Assembly (NCBI GenBank): GCA_028534125.1
Contig: CM052816.1
Span: forward strand, 58,592,001-58,656,000
Direction of reading: 5' to 3'
DNA: 64,000 nt
DNA from: Lama glama
Lineage: Eukaryota
In this document: one piece after another, positions 38,031 through 49,959 of the stretch
How the letters are laid out: each line of letters starts with the position of its first letter
Position numbering within the stretch: position 1 is the first letter of the stretch
Translations under genes and position numbers: made by a program
The notes under the pieces: model-generated
What the model saw: only the letters and a program-made list of their open reading frames with translations
What the model was told of the DNA's origin: nothing
Databases searched by the model: none

Positions 38031-40676
38031 TACCCTCCCAAAATGAACATTAATACGTAATCTTATCTAATACATAGGACATATTTTTTTCTAATACTAT
38101 CAAATATTAGTATCAACGCTATCTAGTACTATGAAGGGGAAAAAAAAGAATTTTTAAGTGTGAGAAAAAGAAGGTAGAAAACATCCTAATTCATTAAAAT
38201 ATTGACCTTACATGAAAAAAAAATTTTTTTGGTGATGCAGTTTCTGTTTTGCCTTTAAGGAGTCAACCCAAACCCTTATCTGCATAATATATGTGTTGCT
38301 TGTTTATTTACTAAGGAGGGTAGGTCATGTTAGGCATACTATTGTACAGCACTCTTCCCTCACGTAGTCTAGGAGATGAGGTGTACACTTAAACAAATAA
38401 GAAATTATAAAAAGACAGATAACACTGGACGAGTGGTAGAGATAAGAATACTTTCTTTTCTCAGTGGAACTGCTCACCTGGCTGCCCATATGCTCCTCCC
38501 ACCACTGTCTCTGTGACTTGCCCTTTGCTCACACTAACTCCTCTACCTGGAATGTTCCTGGTCCACCTTTGTGTCTGCAGGTGCAAAATATTGCCAGTAC
38601 TTCAAGACGGAGCTACCACCTCCTCTTCAAAAAACAAGAACAACAAAACCTACTTTAACTTCTCTTCTTAATTAATGGCTTCTCCCAATTATGCACATAT
38701 TCCAAATACAATGTGTCTCAATCTATTGCCGATCCAGTGTTAAATCACTGTCTAAGTTGGATTATGTAAGTGTGGGGGCCCTTCTCTTAGACTGTACACT
38801 CTATGAGGGTGAGCTCTCCCTGTGATTTACCTGGACTCCCTGGGGCCTCTCCTGGTATTTTGTACTTCTGTTACTTTAATTGAGTCAATGAGCAACAATC
38901 AATGCTTCAATGAACTATCCCTAAGTATACTGGAGTTAAATTGTGCTGGTAATAATCTTGATGAGAAACTCCTCTTGCCCTCTGTGCTGATTTTTCTCAA
39001 ACATGTTCCTTATAGTAGTAGGTTAATAAGGAAGTTTCCTTTACTCCCTTCCTCTAGACAGAGGGAAAAAAATAACAGGAAACCAACCCACAGCAAACAA
39101 TGAAGATGAATATCAAATATTTGTTCCTTTCTGTACAAGAAGAGCTGTACACGACATTAGGTCATCATAGCAGCACTTGAAAGAATCAAAGTTGCTTTGA
39201 GCTTTAAGAATTTCCAGTATAGCAACTTAGCTATTTTGACCTCAATGAAGTAAAGTTAACATGTAGCCTTTTAACATAAATACATAGATATTATTCCAAA
39301 TACTGCAATCATCATCTGGAAGCTGTACTTGTTATCAAATCTGTGATCCAGAAACCTGGTCTGATGCTATAGGCAGGTAACTTCCTTCCCTCCTGTGCTC
39401 CTTTACACTCTCTACATGGTTAAAAGAGAAAGAAAAGAAGGAAAGAAAGGGAACATGCTATTTGTTAAGTAACTTCTTTGTGTCACTAAAACATCACATG
39501 TTAAAGATTACCTACATTTTATAGATAAGAAAACTGAGTTTCAAAGATGATAAAAAAAACTTGCTTCAAATTACACAGCTAGAAAAGGATAAAGCTGGGA
39601 TTTTAAAACATACATCTCTCTGACCCCAGAGGAGGCAGAGCCAAATGAACTAAGGAAAACCAGGAATTGGAGCCCACCCTGGACTCCCAGTTACCTGAGA
39701 TAATACATTGCTTTATTATTTAAGCTACATTAAAACTTAGGGTTTTTTTCTGCATTGTGCTAAAATCATCCTAATATAAAAAGTATAGTTATTTAGTAAA
39801 TGTCCACTGAATAATATTTCTTCAGTACCAGGAATAAGGCTAGTCACTTTATATACAACCCTCCAAGTGGGTATGATCATCACCACCATTTTATAGGTAA
39901 GGAAATTAAGCCTCAGCTGGTTAAGTGATTTGCTTAAAGCCACAGAATTTTGGAATCAAACTAGAATCTTCTGACACAATGGCTCCCTTACCTCCCATAC
40001 TAATGAAAGGATGAAGGTCCTCATTTTTGCTTAAGGGAGAACTCACTCACAGAACACTCACCTTATAAAATCATTACTTGGTAAGATTAATTTAGTCTTC
40101 CTCTTTTATTAAACACACATTGCCATAAACCTTCACTGACAAAAACCAAAACATCCGTGTCCAAAATGGCGGAGCCAATCATGGCGATTCAGCTGAGAGA
40201 GATTAGGTCATGCCGAGGTAACCGAAACCTCAGAAATGTTTGGTGTCTTTAGAACAACAAAGGTTTGTTTTTGCTCATGCTTCATTTCTAAAGAGAGTTG
40301 GCCAGGGGCTCTGCTTCACAACTTTCTTACGCTGGGACCCAGGGTGTCAGAGAAACCACCATTTCTCATATTACCAGACATAGTAAAGGAAAAGAAAGTT
40401 CTGGAGGGTCTCACATTAGCAATTAAATGCTCTGACTCAGAAGTGATGCAAGTCACTTCCATTAATAACGTACTGCCAGAACTAGACATATGGCTTCACC
40501 CAGCCACATTCTTCCATGTGCCTAAAAGGGGAAGAAAACTGGGTATCTTTTCTGTGACCACATGTTAGTTATACAGATAGTAGAGTATACCTGTATTAAT
40601 GTATGTTCTTAAAATATATAATAATGTAAAATTTATAGCTTACAAATTTCACAGAGCACTTTAGAACACTTTACAA

Positions 40677-40815
40677 GGGGGAAGGTATAGCTCAATGGTA
40701 GACTGCATGCCTGGCATGCATGAATGAGGTCCTGGGTTCAATCCCCAGTACCTCCAATCAAAAAATAAATAAACAAATAAACCTAATTACCTGCCCCCCC
40801 AAAAAACCAAACAAA
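40677..40815 (+). mobile_element. Vic-1-type SINE
   Basis: tRNA head and tail; TSD AACACTTTACAA. Confidence 0.88.
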
Positions 40816-41689
40816 AACACTTTACAAAGGTACTTCTACAAACATGACCTTATTTTACCTTCACCAGAACCCTGTGAAGCAGGCATAGTAGACAGATGTT
40901 AATAGCACCTTATTTTATAGGAGACTGAGGCTCATGGAGGTTACCTAGCTTGCCCAAGGGTACAAGTAACAGAGCTGGGATTCAAAGCTAGCTTGACTCT
41001 ACATTTTAGAATACTTCCACTACACTACACTACTTTTAAGAACCATCTTAATGACTGAGTGTTAGCACATTAAAGTATTGTCAAACACACAGGCAAATAT
41101 TAGCCTTAGAAACAAAACAATATGTGAGATTTCCCTTGGCAGATTCCACAACTCAGTGAACTAGTAGTCCAAACGGCGATGACATATACCTATAATTAGT
41201 CTGAAAGATAAAGGTAGCCTATTAGTCACCTGCCACCATCATAGCCTTCTAGGGACAAAACCTTAGCAAGCCTTCTGAGAAGTAGTACAAGCATGACCAA
41301 AAGCCACTCTCCTCTTTCCTTCCCCTTTGACATCATTCCTGGCAGCAAGAGAGAAGAAAAGAAGGCTACCCAAGGGAAGTGGACTGGAAGCCAGGAGACC
41401 CAGTTATGAACTCAGCTCTATCAGAAATCAGCTGTGTAACTTGAGGCAAGTCATTTAATCTGTTGCTACCACTGACAATAAAATGATGTCTGTGGAAATG
41501 CTTTGGAAGTATAAAGTGCCATCACGAGTTATTCATTCAATATTTAAAGCTAAGCTGCTTCTGTGTGCTTGGTCTTAGGGAGAATACAAGAATAGTTAAG
41601 GCATGTTCTGTGCTATGGGTATCTGTCGCTCTTGCATGTCTAGCTGCTGTTAAGAGCACACAGCTCTTCCTTTGAATACTTGTCCCTTC

Positions 41690-42136
41690 CCCGACTTCAT
41701 GAGGTCTGACGGGGAGTGGGGGGTGGTTATCAGTCACAATGCCCCCACGGCAGTGGGTACTAGATCCAGGCTGGATGATTAGATGTAATGACCAGTCCAG
41801 CAATGGACACATGACTCAAATCAAGTCCTGCCAGAGGCCTCTCAGACATGTGACAGAGGGCTGCTGGGAGGGAGTCTCCTCCTGTGTTCCCTAGATATAA
41901 TCATGCTGCGTGCGGGAGCTGAGCCATCTTTCTAGTTACCCGGAGGAAGTGCAAATATGAGAACATGAGACTTCCATGCTGTGAGAAGTGGAGGAGAGAT
42001 GGGCTGAGAGGAAGTCCTGAAGCCAAGGCAATTCCCAGACTTTTCAGTTCTCTAAGTCACTAGATTTCCTCTTATGCATAAATTGGTTTGAGTTCAGTTT
42101 CTTTCACTTGCAACCACAGGAGTTCTGACTAACACA
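41690..42136 (+). mobile_element. Old MLT1 (J/K-like) LTR
   Basis: GACACATGACTCAA...AGACTTTTCAGTT...GTTTGAGTTCAGTTTCTTTCACTTGCAACC...CTGACTAACACA. Confidence 0.65.
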
Positions 42137-42837
42137 GTCTCAGTCCTCAAATAATTCAGACCATATCATCACGTACTTAATAAAGAATAGAGACCATCTA
42201 AAAAAATCTAGCTGATTCTGTAACATGCCAGCTCAGTTTAAGCACCTTGGAATGCCTTCAGCACTCTGGAATCTCACAGCTGGAAGGCAGGTTTCCAGTG
42301 ACCTGTCCTACTTCTCCTCTCAACAGTGGAAAGGGTGGTAGCAACCTTTGTGTTATACCCAGGTCTGTTATTGCCACTTGAACTTGTTATTATATGTATG
42401 TGTATGTATATATAATTTAATGAAATATTATACAAACTGATGAAATACAATGGATGCCCTCCCAAAAGAGAGATGTTCCTACGAAAAGCAAGTTAATTAT
42501 TAAAAGACTCAATAAAGATGTTGCTTAAAATCATTTGTCGTCAAGTTAGACATGGTAGAGACAACTGTAAAAGATTGGAAGGAAAAAAGTACAAAACTCA
42601 GAAGGCTTCTATACTCAGATTGCTTCCCAGTTACCTTTATTTTCTCACTCCACTTTAAAGAAACTGAAACTAGAAATCATAGTTTATGAAAATGATGAGA
42701 TAATATTTGAAAATGATGAGAAACTTGAAAATGGGAAAATGATGAAACTCCATATGCAAAGGAAATGTCTTAATCTTACATCAAACTACTGGCAAATGAA
42801 TGCACATTATATAGTTCAAACTGAAAGGAATTGTTTA

Positions 42838-43134
42838 GAAATAGAGTCACAGACATAGAAAACAAACTTATGGTTATCAAAGGGGGGAAGGGGGAGGGGT
42901 AATTTAGGAGTTTGGGATTGACAGATACACACTGCTATATATAAAACAGATAAACAACAAGGATCTACTGTATAGCACAGGGAACTATATTCAATATCTT
43001 GTAATAACCTATAATGGAAAAGAATCTGAAAAAGAATATATGTATAACTGAATCACTTTGCTGTACACCTGAAACTTAACATTGTAGAGCAACCATCCTT
43101 CAACTTCAAATTTTTTAAATTGAAAATAAAAATA
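42838..43134 (+). mobile_element. 5'-truncated artiodactyl L1 3' end with TSD
   Basis: CACAGACATAGAAAACAAACTTATGGTT...GCTGTACACCTGAAAC; TSD AAAGGAA(T/C)TGTTTA. Confidence 0.85.
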
Positions 43135-43618
43135 AAAGGAACTGTTTAAGGTAACTATATGACACTTTTTGATCCTCTTCTTTAATCTACTTTTTGCAGT
43201 TGACACTCGTTACTAGTCCCAACGATGTCAGGTAAGAGAGCAACAGTCTGTTGACTCTGAAACTGTCCTACCTGAATAAGAGGTGGTACAAACTTACTTA
43301 GGGGTTGGAGTGTTCATTTCAATCATTATAAATCCATGTAAACTGAAATTTAAAAAATTTTTTTTCAGACAACAAAATTTCAAGATTACTAATACACTAG
43401 GTGACAGAGTCCACTTAATACGAAACATTATTACCTTTATGTTTCATATGTAAGTCATAATTTTGATGTTGTGGACATCTTTGTATTGCTGTGGTTGAGC
43501 AGAATGCCTGGCAACTAAGAGGTGAGTGCATTAGCATAAATCTAGCTAGGGTCTAAAAGAGGCATTCTAGAAATGAGTAAGAGCATGTAGAAAAGCCTGC
43601 CTCCCCAAAGCGACAGCC

Positions 43619-44118
43619 NNNNNNNNNNNNNNNNNNNNNNNNNNNNNNNNNNNNNNNNNNNNNNNNNNNNNNNNNNNNNNNNNNNNNNNNNNNNNNNNNN
43701 NNNNNNNNNNNNNNNNNNNNNNNNNNNNNNNNNNNNNNNNNNNNNNNNNNNNNNNNNNNNNNNNNNNNNNNNNNNNNNNNNNNNNNNNNNNNNNNNNNNN
43801 NNNNNNNNNNNNNNNNNNNNNNNNNNNNNNNNNNNNNNNNNNNNNNNNNNNNNNNNNNNNNNNNNNNNNNNNNNNNNNNNNNNNNNNNNNNNNNNNNNNN
43901 NNNNNNNNNNNNNNNNNNNNNNNNNNNNNNNNNNNNNNNNNNNNNNNNNNNNNNNNNNNNNNNNNNNNNNNNNNNNNNNNNNNNNNNNNNNNNNNNNNNN
44001 NNNNNNNNNNNNNNNNNNNNNNNNNNNNNNNNNNNNNNNNNNNNNNNNNNNNNNNNNNNNNNNNNNNNNNNNNNNNNNNNNNNNNNNNNNNNNNNNNNNN
44101 NNNNNNNNNNNNNNNNNN
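43619..44118. other. Assembly gap (500 N) between the MARVELD2-like promoter and OCLN
   Basis: Exactly 500 N; the right flank starts inside a truncated DNA transposon. Confidence 1.
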
Positions 44119-44317
44119 AGTGTGAGAGTTAGGGGCACCAATGCTCCTCGCAGTCAAAAACCCAAGTATAACTTTACAGTCGGTACTCTTCAGTGGCTCC
44201 GAATCCATGGATTCAACTAACTGCGGGCTATGTAATACTGTACTGCATATTTACTGAAAAGAACTGCTGATATGTGGACCCCCATAGTTCAAACTTGTGT
44301 TGTTCAAGGGTCAATTG
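44119..44317 (+). mobile_element. Tigger2/MER8-like MITE, left end cut by the gap
   Basis: GTTAGGGGCACC...GCAGTCAAAAA...TGTTGTTCAAGGGTCAATTG. Confidence 0.75.
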
Positions 44318-45174
44318 TAATCCAATGGACCATGATGGTAGCAATGGAGACAGTGAGGTCAAAGTATAGAAAATTAAAATTTTTTATTATAGAAAATTTC
44401 AAACATAATAAAAGTAGAAAGAATAGTATTTTCGGCCCTTATGTACCCATCAACCACCTTCAATAATTATCAACTTATGACCAGTCTTGTTTCAACTATA
44501 CCCCTGACCTTATTCCTTCTGTCAATAGATTACTTTAAGGCAAATCCCAGACATCAGATCATTTGATTTGCAACATTTCTCCATCCCTCCAGAGTAGACC
44601 TGGGAGAAGCAGCCTGAAGAGACTTTGAGATACCTGTTAGAAGTCCAGGTGGAGATATCAAGTAGGCAGTCTACCCACAGATGAGTATATCCTATCACAG
44701 ACTAGATACAATCACCTGGGTGGAACTGGAGAGGGGGTCAAAATTCTCGGTTCTTCTAATGGGGCACCCCAATTTTACAGAATTAACTGTGAGTGACAGC
44801 AGGGTGCCCAATGCAAATTAAGAGGAAAAAAACGAGTATAAAAATTTTCTATAAATGATAACAATTAGCAATTATTTTCATCTTTTCTCTCTTTACCTGT
44901 TGATTAAAAAAATTTAAGTTCTAGGAATGCTTAGCATTATTATAGCTCTTGAAATACACTTCCCTAAAAAAAAAGTAGAGGCAAAAGCACAACAAATAAC
45001 TTCAGCAAGTTTTACATAGCTTTGAATATCTTTTGTATACATGCATTTAAAGGATACCAGTTGCTTACTATAACACATTGGCAAAAGCGCACTTCACTGT
45101 AACGGGCTTAATTCATTCTCAACTGTGAAAAGTGGCTTACTTGAATTAGATCTCCTTATCAATGTTTACATGAT

Positions 45175-45287
45175 GGGGGGTATAAGCTCAGTGGCAGAGT
45201 GCATGCATGCACGAGGTCCTGGGTTCAATCCCCAGTACTCCATTAAAAATAAACAAACTTAATTACCTCCCCCCAAAAATGAAAAAA
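45175..45287 (+). mobile_element. Vic-1-type SINE
   Basis: tRNA head and tail; flanking AATGTTTA repeat. Confidence 0.85.
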
Positions 45288-45699
45288 TGTTTAAATAAAA
45301 AGCCAAAATTACGAATTTGAAGAATAGCAAATTATGTGATTTTAGAAGGGAATGGTCAGTGGTATTTTATCACACTTTAGTATCTGAATACCCCTAGTAT
45401 CTCTCAGGGTATCATTGAGAGTCCACTTAGAATCAGTACACTGAGGTCGAGCGAGCCTTTGTTCTGTTCACACCCTCGAGTCCTGACTCCATTCTACTGG
45501 CACACAATTCTCGGGAAGCCAGAGAGGTGGGAGAAGAAACGGTTCTCCCCAGCCAAGTGTTACAGGAATCCAACTCGGTCACCTTTACACCCACAGAATC
45601 ACTGCTGAGCGGGCTTTAAAGTTTTTCAGGGCCCGAGCAAGGGGCAGATTTTAGACGTTTCTGGGGTTCCAGGGGATGGGAAAGCCCCTGAGGTTTTAA

Positions 45700-46400
45700 C
45701 TTGACCCTCGAGCGAGGACCCCCCGATACCGAACATCTCTCCCGGGGCCTCTCCCGAGGCCGCCGCTCGGGCTTCACCCTCCGCGCCACCTATCTCGTCC
45801 AGTCCTCTGCTCTGCCCACCCAGGTGAGTCTTCCGACTGACTGAAAAACCACTCTTCGTCTTTCAAGATTCCGCCCCAAAGTGGCCGGAACTAAGTCGGG
45901 CCCGACGTGCCCAGGTCGGGACAACCCGGACCCCAGCGCCCGGAAGGACCGCGGCTTCGCGGCCGGCACCTGTGTCCGCGGGATGAAGCCAGGCGGGCCG
46001 AGGGGCCCCCCTGCCCCCTCTCTCCCCGGGCCCGCACCCTTACCGCGCCGGCGTCCGGCCTCGGCCGCAGGTAATGGCGGGGCTGAGCGGCGAGCGCGCG
46101 GCGCCGGGAGGCTCCGAGGGCCCGGGCGCGCAGAGAGGGGCCAAGAGAGCCCCAGGGCCCCCTCCCCATCGCGCACCAGCCCGGGGTCCTCCCGCCCCTC
46201 CCCGCCCGCGTCCCGGTCACGTGGGCCCCACCCCTCGCGCTCCACTCACCTGCGCGGCCGCCGGGAAGAGCGCGCATGCCGCCCGCGACTCTGAAACCCG
46301 GCTCCCGCTCCCGGGGCGGGGCCGGGCCGGGCCGAGCTTCGCCCCGCCTGGCTTTGTCAGGCCTCGACTCCTGCCTGGGGCCCGGGCGGGTGGGTTTCCC
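45700..46400 (-). promoter_or_regulatory. MARVELD2: CpG-island promoter at the syntenic position of MARVELD2 (tricellulin)
   Basis: CpG island just after the RAD17 poly(A) signal; GGGGCGGGG Sp box at 46313; minus-strand donors CAG|GTGAGT (46250) and GCG|GTAAGG (46044); gene identity comes from RAD17-MARVELD2-OCLN synteny only. Confidence 0.75.
46250..46300 (-). other. MARVELD2: Candidate non-coding first exon of MARVELD2
   Basis: Consensus donor GCGCAG|GTGAGT just downstream of the GC box; TSS inferred. Confidence 0.5.
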
Positions 46401-46756
46401 CTGCCCAGCTTATAGCTACAGACCAGGCTCTACACAGAGAGCAATGGAAAGGTCCTGGAGGGTGTGATTAACCCCTCTGGGGAGTTCTTTCCCAAGGTTG
46501 CCAGCCCCTTCCTTCCCTATTTTTGAAAAAGTTTGGCACTGTATGAAGGTTTGTGTACTATGCCCAGTGACATGGCAGGCCGTGCGTGTTAGGAAATGTT
46601 AAAAAATGGGAGAAACAAAAAGAAATTCAATATTTTAATTTTTATATAAATTATGTAAATAGCTTCCAAAAAGTATCTAAAATATTCCACTGTACAACAT
46701 ATAAAAATGGTATCTGAGAAGCTAGAGACCAGAGGAAAACTCCGAATAAGGCACAG

Positions 46757-46762
46757 TTTATT
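46757..46762 (-). terminator. RAD17: RAD17 poly(A) signal AATAAA
   Basis: tttatt on + strand ~370 nt after the stop, with T-rich downstream sequence. Confidence 0.7.
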
Positions 46763-47130
46763 TACACTCATAATTGCATCCTAAACTGTTTTATAATTCA
46801 TATTTACAACCTGTAGAGTTTCTGTATTCTGAATTATTCCTTCACATTTTCTGATACTTGGCGTAATGTTCAAACACACTTCATACACACTGACCTCTCC
46901 CAGGACCACTCACAAGACTAAATAAATACTACGGAAAAAAATTAAGAGATTATTTGAAGGTTTGATCTATTTACTTCAACATGACAGAAGAGTCAGTCCT
47001 TTGTGCTGAAATACAAGAGTGAAGAATTAACAAACTAATTCACCTGAAAAGTATATTATCTCTGTTCAAGTACCAATGAATAACATGAACATCAGTCTGT
47101 CAAGTAGCAGTCTCATGGGTGGGCTGCGTT

Positions 47131-47392
47131 CTATGTGCTGTCGCTCTCATAGTCTTCTATTATCATATCTTCTTCTATGTCTTCCTGGGCTGAAAATGGG
47201 CGAGGCTGGCTGGCTGGGAGTTCACTCCCACTATTTTGACTTAAAGGAAGAGACCAGGTTTCAGGTTCAGCCGTCTGAGTGGGTTCACCCAGTACTTCCT
47301 CTACAGGCTGTCCTCCATTAAGCTGGGCTTCATCTCCACTGTCGGGGTCTATCATTCCATGTTCCCTGTCAGTCAGGGCTTCCATTTTCAAT
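47131..47392 (-). CDS. RAD17: RAD17 last coding exon (LKMEALTDREHG...LSQNSGSELPASQP...IIEDYESDST*)
   Basis: ORF 47131-47391 matches the RAD17 C-terminus with two SQ sites and an acidic tail; GGCAG| acceptor; TAG stop. Confidence 0.97.
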
Positions 47393-49127
47393 CTGCCAGA
47401 TTCATAATACAGACATTAATGATAATCAAAGGAGGAGATTCCTTTTAATTACACCATGAGTGTGATGATTAGGAAGCCATCACCTATAGCCTCTCATTTA
47501 CCTTCCTCGTTCTGTTTAGCCAGGTGCTCTGGATTATTTAACAATATAAACTACAAGGTAAATGACAAGCTGAATAAATTATTACAACTTTACAATTAAC
47601 AAGTTAATTAACTTAATCTTTAGTAAAGAGTTCTTACAGAAAGAAAAAATTAAATAGAACAGAAAAATAGGCATAAAACATGAAGAGCTTCCAGAAGAAT
47701 GGTTACTAAATTGTTCAACCTAATTTATAATTTTAAAATGGAAATTAAAATAATACTGTCGTCTTTTGAACTGGCGAAGACCTTTTAAAATAATAAAAGC
47801 CAGTGGTGGGAAGAGTTAGGAGAAAACAACAAGCTGAAACACTGTAAGTGGGCATAAGATGGCAAAATATTCTTCGACACAACCTGGCAATATAAAGTCC
47901 CATCCCCAAAAGGTATATATCCATTGATGCAGCAATTTTATTTCTAGGAATTCATCCTACATAAATAGTATTTGATGTGCATGATGATTTAGCTTCAAGA
48001 AAGGCTGTGATAATAAAACCTGAAAACAAGCTAAATGTATGAAAATAAGGTGTACAAGAAATGTTTGATTACAGGAAACTATGCAGCTATTAAATATTAA
48101 GTTAAATATTAACATTTAATATCAATATGTTTCAAAGATAATGTTAAATATGGTCATTATAAATGAACAATAACAGTACTAGTCATTTTAGTAAGTAGCG
48201 CTGACAAATCCTGCTTCCCCATTCAGATCAAGTAGTTGAACCAATAATAAAATAGACTCCCATTCTTTTAATTACATCTTTGTAGGAAAAAGACAATAGA
48301 AGACAATTGTCTTCCCTTGATTTTGATGTCATACTCTTACAGGGAAAGGAGCCAGTGACCTTCTTTGATTCAGAGGGAGGTCAGGGGAAAAGGAAAGTTT
48401 ATAAGGTCTGAGCCCTAATGACGTCCCAGTGGGATGATGCTTTAAGACCCATCCATCACTGTCTTTCTGTAAGAGGAAGGATGGGCTCACCATCACCATA
48501 GTTAAGTCATTATGCAGAAGAAGCCATTAACAGTACAAGGGCCTTTACTGAGTCTATGAAGGTAGAGAAAAAAAAAAAGCCCAGATAAGTTTTCCACTTG
48601 GGACAGGAATAGGAGAACTCGTAGGAGTGATATTCACCCAGAAGCCATTTTGCAATAAAAGGAATATTGTATGTAGATTTATCCCTCTATATCTATATAT
48701 TTTTTCACTAGTCTGAATTTTCTATGATACAGAAATAAAAAAGACAGTGCTATCTTTTGAGGTAGTTCCTGATCATTGTAGTCTACAAATATAAGCTAAG
48801 AACACCTCTTGGCAAGAAAGCTGAAAAGGGGTTTTCAGACATGCAAGATTTGTTGAACTTAAGGATTTTAAAGATTCTTCTGCCTCTGTGATTCAATGAT
48901 TCTATTTAACCTAATATTCCATTCTGAGCTGGTGAAAATACGCTGTTACATGTAATAAATGCAATAGATGGGTCTGCAATGCAATCATACGGTCTTTAAT
49001 CACCGGTACAGCATGTATGTCTTGGATTTTACAGATGACATTTATTGACTGTATAATGAATAAACAGATAACGTATTCAGTGGACATTTCAATAACAGCT
49101 CTTTGAAAATAAAAATGATGAGCTTAC

Positions 49128-49185
49128 CTTCCAAAGTGCTGCTTCAGAGGAAGCCTTCCAATATCTTGGATAAAAGAAATCTGAG
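49128..49185 (-). CDS. RAD17: RAD17 exon (AQISFIQDIGRLPLKQHFGR)
   Basis: TTTTAG| acceptor and AAG|GTAAGC donor; 58 nt, phases consistent. Confidence 0.95.
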
Positions 49186-49204
49186 CTAAAACAGATTTTT
49201 AAAA

Positions 49205-49950
49205 AGCTTTAAATAGACATTTCTCCGAAGAATGTCCAAAAAGCACATGAAAGGATACTTAAAATCACAAATTGTTAGGAAAATGCAAACTAAAACCATA
49301 AGATACTATTTCACACCCCTTAGGATGGCTATTATCAAAAAACAAGGGTGGCAAGGATGTGGAGAAAGCTGAACCCTTGTGTATTGCCAGTGGGAATATA
49401 AAGTGTATATCTGCTATGGAAAATGGTAAGGCAGTTCCTCTAAAAATTAAAAATAAAATTAAAAAATTAAAAATTACTGTATGATCTAGCAATTCCACTT
49501 CGGAGTATACACTCAAAAGAATTGAAAGCAAGGTCTTGAAGAAAAATTTGCATATCTGTGTTCATAGCAGCATTATTCACGATAGTCAAAAAGTGGAAGC
49601 AACTTAAGTGTCCATCAACAAATAGATAAACGTAATGTGGTAAATATATACAATGTATTATTTATGCTATAACGTAGATGAACCCCGATGACACTCTTGA
49701 AATAAGCCAGTCACAAAAAGACAAATACTGTATGAGTGCACTTAAGTGGTACCTAGAGAGGTCAAACTCAAAGAGACAGAAAGTAGGTAGTGTTTTCGGG
49801 GGGGGGGGAGGGAGGGAGGTAGTGTTTAATGTGTGTAGTTTAAGTTTTGCAAGATGAAAAGTTCTGGAGATGGGTTGCACAATAGTGAATATGCTTAGCA
49901 CCACTGAACTGTATACTTAAAAATAGTTTAAGATGGTAAATTTTATGTTA
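49205..49950 (+). mobile_element. Old L1 (L1MB-like) 3' fragment
   Basis: AATAGACATTTCTCC...CACACCCTTAGGATGGCT...ACTGAACTGTATACTTAAAAAT. Confidence 0.85.
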
Positions 49951-49959
49951 CAAGGCAAC

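Noticed and set aside
45790..46467. ORFs in the second CpG island as MARVELD2 or a novel protein
   Set aside because: No resemblance to tricellulin; GC-content artefact
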